A stretch of 64,000 nucleotides of DNA from Eledone cirrhosa (Eukaryota): positions 284,208,001 to 284,272,000 of the forward strand of contig OZ024743.1 of assembly GCA_964016885.1 (NCBI GenBank), read 5' to 3'. This document shows, one piece after another, positions 54,017 to 64,000 of the stretch. Numbering within the stretch: position 1 is the stretch's first letter; every line of letters starts with the position of its first letter. The notes beneath the pieces were generated by a model that made no database searches, was not told where the DNA came from, and worked only from the letters and a program-made list of their open reading frames with translations. The translations under genes were made by a program, and so were the position numbers.

Positions 54017-56177
54017 CTGGTTGGACAAAGAAAGGAAGATGAAAAAGAATTGATGATTTTTTTCTTCATGGATAAAGCAAAAGAAAAAAAAATTACTTGG
54101 CCGAAACATTTATTGAATAGACTACTTGTGTAACAAAAGGAGCTGTTATCACTTGAACTATCGATCATACTAACATTTTTCTTTAATGTATTTGACATTA
54201 ACAAGATTAAGAACAAGACTATATAATGATAATTTTTACTTAGTTAGCTAATGAATACATGGTTTTAGAAAGACTAAAAACAACAATGTGAGCATTTTCA
54301 TAACCCCATCTATCTGGATATTTGCTCATTAAGGTGTACCTGAGATAGATAGGATATTTCTGTTAGCATGGACACAATATACAGCAACCTGTAATCAGAT
54401 ATATTAATATCATATTGGAAAAAAAACAGTGTAACAGTAAATAATAATTTTTTTTTAAGATCTACGAAATATTAATTCATTAAGAAGAACATAAAAACCC
54501 CCATAGAACAAAATAATCATGAAATGTTCTGCAGGGTCAAATGTATGCAAGTATCAGTATTGTTTTCATAGAATAGAGGATTGTTTCAATATAAATTCAG
54601 TTTTGATACTAATTAAATTAATTAAATATAAAAAAAAATATCTAGAGACACAGGAAATATTGCTTTTGACCAAGTTTGTATGGTTAATGAATTACATATA
54701 AAAATAAGAGTTATTATTTTTTTTTAATTGTCCAAAATATCTTTTTGCTCAATAACACTAATTTTTAATAACTTGACTTTGATAAAACTAATTTCCCCTG
54801 AATATTCTTTGTTTTTTTTTGTATTTTAGATGATTATTTTGAAAAAAAAAAAAAATATTTAGACTTTAGTAAGAAAAGAAAGAATTGTTAGAAAATTCAA
54901 ACAAAAAGAAACAAATATGCAGCAAAAATATATTACACCCACATACACATATATTGACATATATGGACAAATATTGACAATATTTTTCACATAAATAACA
55001 ACGTTCAAGTTTGTTGGAATGCAAAATTGAAGGTGTGTGAAACAGCTGCCTTTCTTTGGAGCATTAGAAATACCAGTAAGGCAAAGTTTTTCATCAGGTT
55101 TTCACATACATTTTGTTGTTTGCATACATTTTCATATCAACTCTGAAAGCAGCGAATTTCAATAAAGTTTTGTAAAATAGGCTAATACTTGGTTAAAAAC
55201 CATAGTTTATCCAATGTAACTCTAAAGTGGGGACTGTCTGAGTTTGGTATTGGATATTGGGTCAACTGGTAATTGAATCTAAATTGAGCAGCTTCAACAT
55301 ACATCCAGACTGCTGTCAGAAGTGTTTAACAAAGTAGATAATGTACAAAATAAATGTTTTCTTTGCCCTTAGGGGATACTTGCTGGTTTTATGGCATGAA
55401 GTGAATATTTGCCTATTGTATCACACAGATGATTCAGCATTTATTCTTGACAGTTTGGAGAACTAAGACATTGTAGAACAAAATGTTCTATTCAGAAATA
55501 CAAAACACCAGCGGCTAATTTACTTCTGTAGTTGATGTAAGCTGGAGTTTATCTTTGCTTTCATAGTTTTAAATAGTTTGAAAACCAGATATTGTTCTCT
55601 CTAACTAGTAATGCCATTCTTTTATAAATTTTGTCAGTGCTTTCACTGGTTACAGTAAATAAAAAAAAACACTTCTCCATATTACCATTTTTTTTACATC
55701 CAGGTGAACTGGAACATTGTGGATGATAATACCTCTGGTGACAGAACTTAAACCATTGGCCTGTTGAGTGTTAATGAACTATTGTGGATGTTGAAAGGGT
55801 ACTGGGTGCAAAAGAATAGTACTGAGTGTAATCAATACTAAATATATAGAGTATTACAAAGTGTAATATAGATAACGTGTACTGAAAGAATAGAGATGAA
55901 GTACAATGTGGACAAAGGGACACAAAGAACAAAGAGACGCATTAGCAACATAATTGCTGCAATGTAAAAATTATAAAATTTTAAACATGAAATAAGTAAA
56001 TAACATAAATGAACACATGCACACAGAGACACACAAACACATATATATACATATAAACTCATGCTTAATAAATATAGGTATACAGTTCTATGTAATAATA
56101 TTCACCCTAAACACAGCCACACAAACATATTCACAGTTATAACCTATTGTTTAATGAACAATTAAAAATAAACTCAC

Positions 56178-56278
56178 TTGATGGATATAAGAGATACTCC
56201 AACAACTAACAAGTCCAGCAAGTTGAAATAGCTGCGACAAAAAGAGCCTTTGTGAAGAACTAATCCATAGCTAATAAG
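56178..56278 (-). CDS. Cav1: Cav1 exon encoding the IIIS2-S3 linker and IIIS3
   Basis: ttttgcttacag|...|gtgagt, 101 nt, translates [33 protein letters not shown] plus 2 nt (phase 2). Not in the ORF track. Confidence 0.95.
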
Positions 56279-57675
56279 CTGTAAGCAAAAATAAAGAAAT
56301 TCTATTAAAATTGATTATTAATATTTTCAATAAATCAAGATTACACATCATTATCACCATCATTTTATGTTCTTTGTTTTTCAAACTGGCATGAGTTAGT
56401 TGGGTTGTTACTCATCATGGTTTGTATCATCTTGCACACACAACAATGAAGAAAGCCAGCCAACTTCGATTTTGTGTTTGTCTTATAGAGGCATGTGTGT
56501 GTGTGTGTGTGTGTGGGGGGTGGGGGGTGGGGGGACTAAAAAGTTTGTTCTGCTCTATATCAGTTCTTGTCTAGTTACTAGAGGCTGCTAGATGAGTAGT
56601 ATGCTATATGACCTGCTACACTCATATTTTATATTTTGGCATAGTCTGTGCAACTTTTCTATGATCAACTAATTTAGAGTGTAGTGAGTGCATTTTATCA
56701 TGTTTTTCCTATGTGTGGGGATTTAAGTGTCCCTCTAATTAAAAAAGCAGATAACTGAACAAAGTTCTTGCAATGAAGTAAACCTTTGTTTAAAATGAAT
56801 CTATGAAAAAGTCTCTACATGGTCACTCGATCTGTTAGAAATAGCAGTCAAATCTCCTTTAAGCCATTACTTAACATCTTAAAAATGGAAGGACACATTG
56901 GACATACTATGTTTGAAAGAAAAAAAAAATTAGATGAACTGAGCTGGTATATCTTTACTGAGTTTTTTTTTTAATGAGGGATCAGCAGAGATTAAACAAC
57001 AAAAACAATCTATAAAGAAGACAGATATAAGGTTAACAGGGAGGCATGGCATAAGATAAATAGTTGAGCAGAAATAGAATTTAGGTTTAGAAGTAAAGAC
57101 ATGGAACATAAAAAAAATGAGAAGAAAAGAAAAAGACGTTTAAACAAATAGGGTGAGCATTGGAAGAAGGTACAGAATGTTTAACAATGTACCTAAGAGT
57201 GAGCATGTATTTTTTTTTAAACCTGTGCATGGGTTTATATAGGAAGAAAATTCTCTTGACACTTATCTTGGGTTCTTTTTAACCTCAGGTCACTCTTTAT
57301 AAAGCTGACTTATGATCAAAGTAATTCCAGCCATGACTATCTTACATTTTAGAGGTATATATGATTACATCATCTAATGTATCCTGATTAGAATAGTAGG
57401 GTGTGAATTTGAGAAAAAATTTGACTGCTATCTTTAGCAGGTTGGCTCACTTTTCTTAGAGATATTTTGCTTATGAATACAAAACAATGTCTATGCCAGC
57501 TGAATAGTGAAAAACTCAATAATAGCAGAATAGCATTTAATTACTAGCTTCATCTTTTCTTATGTTGTTTTCAATGAAAATAACAACTAAAAATCTTTAC
57601 TGTCTTTTAGAAGAATTTCTCAGAAAATATATTAAAAAAATATTAAATGTTTCATTAAATAGATATAAAACTTAC

Positions 57676-57735
57676 CTTGATGATGATTTCAATAGTAAAT
57701 ACACTGGTAAAAATATAGTCAAAATAATTTAATAT
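57676..57735 (-). CDS. Cav1: Cav1 exon encoding repeat III S2
   Basis: ttttcttacag|...|gtaagt, 60 nt, translates ILNYFDYIFTSVFTIEIIIK in frame with the previous exon. Not in the ORF track. Confidence 0.95.
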
Positions 57736-57957
57736 CTGTAAGAAAATATAAAATAATGTTTATATGAAAAGGAAAAAATATATTGTGCTAATCTCTAAAG
57801 ATAAGGCAGATTGCACAACTGTCTTTCAATCAACTGTAGATTCATAATATAATATTTTGGAATGCACTTTCACTTACTTCAACAGGATTTGATCTTAAAA
57901 CACAGAACAAATACGACAAGACATTTTGTCCTATATATCAATGACTCAACCAATTAT

Positions 57958-58112
57958 TTCTTCTTCTTGAGTCATCCCTCTATCGAAGGTGAAGTATTCA
58001 TTTTGCTTTTTCTAATGGCTAGAATATATGTCACTTGCCACACCTGCATATTCATAGATTTCTGCACTAACTGGAGCAGTGGTGCCAACCCATTGTTGAA
58101 TTAATAGTCAAT
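57958..58112 (-). repeat. Interspersed repeat with (GAA)n tail (other copies at 63822-63978 + and ~23580-23667 +)
   Basis: Shared tatattctagccattagaaaaagcaaaat...tgactcaag.agaagaa; probably a LINE/SINE 3' end. Confidence 0.75.
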
Positions 58113-58292
58113 CATCTGCGAAGACACTGGTGTTCATGACAAAGAGGTCATCTAATTAAGCTAATGATTGTCACATGAACTAATTGCTTACTATGAGACA
58201 AGCAGGATTTTTATCAAGGCTTACTCCTCTAGATTTGACCTGTTCAACCAATTACAACAAAATCTACTTTGAAAAGTAACCAAAAAAATAAT

Positions 58293-58476
58293 TGTTTCTA
58301 CTTTAGGCACAAGGCCAGCAATTACCCAGTTCATTACTGGTACTTTATTTTATCGACCCTGTAAGGATGAAAGGCAAAGTCAACCTCGGCGGGATTTGAA
58401 CTCAGATCGTAAAGGGACGTAACTATGCTGGAAAGCATCGCGTCCGACCCTCTACCGATACTGCCAACCCACCGCC
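58293..58476 (-). mobile_element. SINE family A, young, 18-bp TSD
   Basis: TSD agtawccaaaaaaataat at 58275-58292 and 58477-58494. Confidence 0.93.
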
Positions 58477-59227
58477 AGTATCCAAAAAAATAATGATTAT
58501 ATAAATGACTTTCATTGCAATTCTTAGTCAGAAGGAAACTGTTGTAATTATCTTACTTCAAGTAGAGATAATACAAGCACTGGAATTAACCAGTGAGACA
58601 ATACATAAGTAAAATATTGATTTCTTACTTAGAACACAAATCTACATATTTATAGAATGGAATAAGACTCTGTAATGTTCATGCCTTGCTGAAGGAAGTT
58701 GGTGGCTTAACTAAGTTAAATAATTTTTACTGGTAATTGAAACTAGGATATAAGCTCAGTTCAACAGGAAGATATCTGTTGCTCTTCAGCACTCACCACA
58801 ATGAGGATAAAATAGCAACAGATTCTCAATCCACATGACATGAAGTAATATGATAATATTGGACCTTTTAGATAAAGAAATATGCTAATTAGCTTATTGA
58901 TAAATGATTTTGCTTTTGTTAGAAAGATATGTAAATTAGCATGGTCATTCAGAATCTTTTGAAAGAAATATGTAAATTACCATGAGAATGTAGGATGATT
59001 CAGTCAAGCAAATATGCTAAAATCAATCATGTAATTAAAAATCAAAAATTCCCTTTTAAATCAATAATGATCCAAGTCTGCTAAGAATAGAAACTAGGAA
59101 ATTTAGGAACAACTTTTCCCTAATATAGTCGGATTCAAGTCAACAATGGCAACAATAATAATAATCCTCATTATACAGTAATACATCCAGCAATTGGATA
59201 TGAGCAAAACTTATGTTGCTGCTACTG

Positions 59228-59259
<32 letters not shown>

Positions 59260-59760
59260 GTTGTTGTTGTTGATGATAAATATTGTTAATCATCATCATG
59301 GAACTAGTATATGTGCTCAGAAATATGCATTAGATCTATAAATCTCTTGATTTAAAATTTTAATAAGCAGATCCATAATCAATATATTTTCACCAATTGA
59401 AATACTTCAAAATATCAGAATTTCAGCTGAAATGAAACATTTCTGACCTTCCTCAATTGTATGTCAACTAGCAAGGAAACAAAAGAAATAGGTCACTTAC
59501 AAGGAGATTATGAGAAGAAAGAGCAAATATTTGGAAAAAGTGAACATGGTTGAAGAAATGTTAACTACAATAGTGAAGGTGACTGAACAATAATATTTCT
59601 AGCATTGGCTGATCTTGAGATGTCTGGAACTACAATGGATATGTAGTATGTTGAAGACCAACCCATCCTTCTTGTCTAATTTTCCCCATATTCTTTATTC
59701 CATACATCACTCAGCCTTCTAAATTCTCTCTTCAGATCAAGAGAACATTTTTGATGAATA

Positions 59761-59946
59761 TATGAGGGTCGGCTGACTAAGATACTCTCATGGAATGACC
59801 AAATGAGGTTTATTTTTCAACATAGTTCCTGGAAAGAAACAATGCAGTTATTAATAAAAAGAGTTGAAATTAATATATGCAAGATTTCACAGCTCCAGCA
59901 TCATTCCTTCATAGTCAGCCTATGAATTTTTCAGCTGATCCTTGTA
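59761..59946. mobile_element. Tc1/mariner-type non-autonomous relic
   Basis: Imperfect TIRs with TA ends: tatgagggtcggctga ... tcagctgatccttgta. Confidence 0.55.
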
Positions 59947-60122
59947 GCTTCAGTCATGCTAACAAATCAAAGCTGCTTGCAGTACTTTAGCAGATATCCT
60001 TGCTTGGCAAGCTAGGATATTTCAGAGCCATACCATAACTATATAGACTTGCTCTATGTGAATAACCCCCATTTATATATATGTTGTTTGAAATATAAAA
60101 CCTTAATGATAGAAATACTTAC

Positions 60123-60252
60123 TTTACTTCTTTCCTCAGATTGATCAAGTGGATCTTCAGCAGCTAACATAGCACTACTGATAAGGATGCAAGCCAAAAC
60201 AAAGTTTCCAAAATAATTGTGATTGCAGACGAAATGGCAAAAAACTCGGAAT
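60123..60252 (-). CDS. Cav1: L-type voltage-gated calcium channel alpha-1 subunit, internal exon encoding repeat III S1
   Basis: Translates (R)[43 protein letters not shown], the IIIS1 ...SS..LAAEDP signature of Cav1 channels. Bounded by tttaaatag| and |gtaagt on the minus strand; 130 nt. Confidence 0.95.
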
Positions 60253-60544
60253 CTATTTAAATAAAGAGAATCAGTTCGGTAATTATAAAAATAATATAAA
60301 ATAAAACAACAAAAAAATAATGTAAAATAAAACAAAAACTAGGTGGCAGTTCTAAGAGAACCATAATTATTATAATGTTGATTATGTCAACAGAATATTT
60401 TGAGATTTAGTGATGAAGAAATCTCCTCAACTCTTAAGGATTTTGTAAAGGACTTTTGTAGAGTAGAAGATGACAGCTTTTAGTAACTCTGCTATGTTAG
60501 TTTCAGTTTCAATATATCTCACTCTCATTAATAATTGTGTTGTA

Positions 60545-60729
60545 GGGCGGTGGATTGGCAACATCAGTAGAGAATCGGACGCCATGCTTTCCAGCATAGT
60601 TACGTCCCTTTACAGTCTGAGTTCAAATCCCGCCGAGGTTTACTTTGCCTTTCATCCTTACAGGGTCGATAAAATAAAGTACCAGTAATGCACTGGATAA
60701 TTGCTGGCCTTGTGCCTAAAGTAGAAACA
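60545..60729 (+). mobile_element. SINE family A, young, 17-bp TSD
   Basis: TSD attaataattgtgttgt at 60527-60543 and 60730-60746. Confidence 0.93.
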
Positions 60730-61287
60730 ATTAATAATTGTGTTGTGTTGTTATTGCTTACATTGTTTCTATGATAAGAATGATTTTTTTCAGTTCTCTC
60801 ACCAAGCCCAATATTTTTTCATCTTTTGCTCCAACTGCTTATATACGGTAAAGCAAAATCTAATATACTCTGTTATTTTATCATTATGACCATAACTCAG
60901 ACAAAATGCTTTGCAGTATATAGTTACAACCCTTTATACTATGAGTTCAAATCCTACTGAGGTCAACTTTACCATTCATCCTTCCAGGAAAGGGGTCAAT
61001 AAAATAAAGAACCAGTTAAGTGCTGGGGCTGATTTAATCGACTTATCGTCCCTCAAACTGCTGGCCTCTAGAAATGAGCTATGTCATATAGTTTTTAGCA
61101 GTTGATAAGTTCTTCTACTTTATGTTTAATTTATAAAGTATGTCTAGTTTACTTGTCAATAGAGTGAATATTTTATTTATGGAATAAAGGAACGATCGAC
61201 TTTCGTCAAATCTGACCAAGGAAACAATGTTTCCATTGGTCTTTCCAATTGCTAATACTATCTATCGGTCGCAGCTCCAGGTAAAAG

Positions 61288-61399
61288 GAGCAACGTGAAA
61301 TAAAGTGTCTTGCTCAAGGAAATAATGCATCGCCCGGTCCAGGAATCGAACTCACAACCTGCCAATTGTGAATCCAGTTCTCTAACCACTCAGCCACAC
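61288..61399 (-). mobile_element. tRNA-head/CORE-like SINE fragment related to family B
   Basis: Minus strand tggctgagtggttagagaactgg...gagttcgattcc...tccttgagcaagacactttatttcac. Confidence 0.75.
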
Positions 61400-61949
61400 C
61401 ATATAAATACAGTTTAATAGGTAAAGAAAAAGAGAAAATTTAGATTGAGAAGAAAGAATGGAATGTAAAATAGGAAGATATAAAGAAAAAAGAAAAAAAA
61501 CCGGAAAAGGAGAATGAATGGCAAGGACTCTAGTGTCCCAGAAGAATGGGGAGGGGAAGGAGGATTGGGCTCTGGGCCTAGAGCATGGCGATAAATGGAT
61601 GCTCCCCGCAAACAAGGCCGCAAAAGCATTCAAAGTATCACTTTGTCAGTATACATAGGTCAATGTTCATAGCGTTTATAGGATTCTTTCAGTCTGAATA
61701 AGTAAATATGCCATTTCTGTGAAGATGCTCCTCAACTGTCAAGGGTTTCTAAATAAGTTGTAAACATATGAAAAGCTTCCAGCTACTATTTCAGTCTATT
61801 TTGTCATATTTTTCTGTATAAGGACATTCTCCATTTTGTTATCTATGACAACATACTTATTTGGCACAGAGTAAAGTATGATGTCAAGTATAAGTGTATA
61901 TGAATGATGTTACACATACTGTTAGCTATTAAGCAATTATTATTGTTAT

Positions 61950-62130
61950 GGATTGGCAGTATCGGTAGCGAGTCGGACGCCATGCTTTGACGCATAGAGT
62001 TACGGCCCTTGCCATTCTGTGTTCAAATCCCGCCGAGGTTAACTTTGCCCTTCATCCTTACGGGGTCGATAAAATAAAGTACCAGTAATGCACTGGGATA
62101 ATTGCTGGCCTTGTGCCAAAAAGTAGAAAC
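61950..62130 (+). mobile_element. SINE family A, 11-bp TSD
   Basis: TSD attattgttat at 61939-61949 and 62132-62142. Confidence 0.9.
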
Positions 62131-62959
62131 AATTATTGTTATTGTCATTAGTACTGAAGCAGTATTGATGGAAAACAGATTTTTGATTGTTTTGTTTTTT
62201 GCTTAAGCTTATTTTTAGTTATTTGTGTATTTGTTGTTGATATTATTTCTAGTGATGTTATTATTATTAGCAATGTCATCATATATCATCATATTGCACA
62301 ATAAGTGGATCTTTGGATTTGTTCGTGTTACATTGACAAATAAATAAATTCTGATATTTCCATTCAGGACTTTTTAAAAACTACTGTTAGCTGTCTAGTA
62401 AGGGTAAAATTAGATTCTTTGTATGACTGATTACAAAGAAGACATTGTGATTGAAAGGCATTTAATATCTCAATCAACAGATTCTAAGACAATGAACATT
62501 GAAAAACTACATTTCTAGTATCATAAATAGAGAAACAATAATAAAGTCATCTAGTTAGTAATTAAAATACTAACAACAGAAACATTAAGTAATAACAGTT
62601 TCTAGAACAGAGTAAGAACCAATGAAATAGCATTAAGAAAATCTATTTCAGCTAAACAAATTAATTCATAATTATATCCAGAAGGAGATCAGCTAGCTAC
62701 CATATCAGTCTAAAGTGGATGCTGTACTAACAGAGAAAAGAATCAATATCTTACTGATTGCAAGTGGGATGTTTTCCCCTTCATTTTTCTTTTCAAAAGC
62801 TTGCTAATTAAAGACTATTAACTTCATTTCTCTCTGCTTGGTGTGTTTTCTAAACAAAACTGCTTAGTTGGATTTAGCTGATAGATAAATGGCTTCATCA
62901 ATACTTTAATCCTAGTGTAAAATAGACATATCATATCAATCATATTTGATATGGCTGTC

Positions 62960-63760
62960 ATAGGATCTGAGAGCCACACAAATGTCACTGCAGATCCACT
63001 GTAGACTCTTTTGGCCCCCACCTGCTATCCTGTCACTACCGTGCCCACCACCTTCCACGCCATGCTGCTCTCAACGAGGTCATAAAGCATGGCTTGGATG
63101 CTGCAGGCTTTTCTCCCAGCTTGAGCTGGTGGATGACAAAAGGCCAGAAGGCATGACTATCTTCCCGTTCCATAGTGGTAAACCCCTCATCTGGGATGCC
63201 ACATGCAGCGACATATTCTCCAGTGGCAACCTGGTGCAGTTTGTGACTAACCCAGGCCATGCTTCATTTTAGGCTAAGGAGCGTAAACTCTCCAAATATC
63301 GATAGGTTTGCGGCCAAGGCCGTAGCAGTGGACACATCTGGTGTCCTTGGCCCTAGGGCGACCTCCCTACTCACCACTATCGGCACAGAGTTGGCTACCC
63401 ACAGATGTGAGCCTCGCAAGCTGGAATGGCTCTTCCAGCGCGTCTCCCTTCACCATCCTCCAGGGAAATGCCTTCTCTATTCTGTCCACCGGGGCCAGCC
63501 AGTATGTGGGCCTCCATTTGTTCATAATAGTGAGAGATGAGGAGAGTAGGAGAGACAGAGGCAGTGAGAGTTTGGTTCCATTGTGTTTGGACCTGGTGTA
63601 CATGCATATTTTTATTTACCGCACCACATTTTATTCAGAAGCAAAGATCCTACCAATTACTGGTCTGTATTTGCAATGATGACACAACAAGAAGCAAAGA
63701 ACCTACCAATTAGCTGGTGTGTATTTGCAGTGATGTCACAACATACAAAAATGTCTAGTA
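62960..63760 (+). mobile_element. Second CRE-like retrotransposon 3' fragment
   Basis: Homologous to 7640-8300; translates KRPEGMTIFPFHSGKPLIWDATCSD...AVDTSGVLG...WLFQRVS..QGNA. Confidence 0.75.
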
Positions 63761-64000
63761 GAATAGGTTGGATCAAGGAGTTAACCTCAATTAAAATCCT
63801 GCTTATCTCATAGTAAGCAGTCGACTACTAATTTGGTAATGGGTTGGCACAACTGCTCCAGTTTGCAGAGAAATCTATGAGTATAGAGGTGTGGTGAGCC
63901 GCGTATATTCTAGCCATTAGAAAAAGCAAAATATACTTCACCTTTGATGTAGTAGTGACTCAAGTAGAAGAAGAAGAAAAAAGTAGAGAGCCAACTATTT

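Noticed and set aside
57736-60122. Mutually exclusive duplicate of the 60-nt IIIS2 exon as in vertebrate Cav1.2
   Set aside because: No second copy found by eye.

Overview
AT-rich animal genomic DNA. The SINE/LINE/(TA)n make-up suggests a coleoid cephalopod such as an octopus (inference only). The window lies inside an L-type voltage-gated calcium channel alpha-1 (Cav1) gene on the minus strand. Three clear exons encode repeat III S1, S2 and S3 (60123-60252, 57676-57735, 56178-56278). A candidate 6-nt microexon (54011-54016) follows, and then at least 54 kb of intron in which I could not find the IIIS4 exon. The intron holds six large RTE-type LINE copies carrying a PHD-type C4HC3 finger inside the RT region, CR1-, Tx1- and CRE-like LINE fragments, two SINE families, MITE-like hairpins and long (TA)n arrays. 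An 18-kb nest of elements (30226-48372) is built into (TA)n. The most unexpected signal is a set of type I hammerhead-ribozyme-like motifs at six loci. They sit in short non-coding inserts, mostly next to (TA)n and often in inverted pairs, which resembles Penelope-like/retrozyme relics. All calls were made by eye; no database searches were run.
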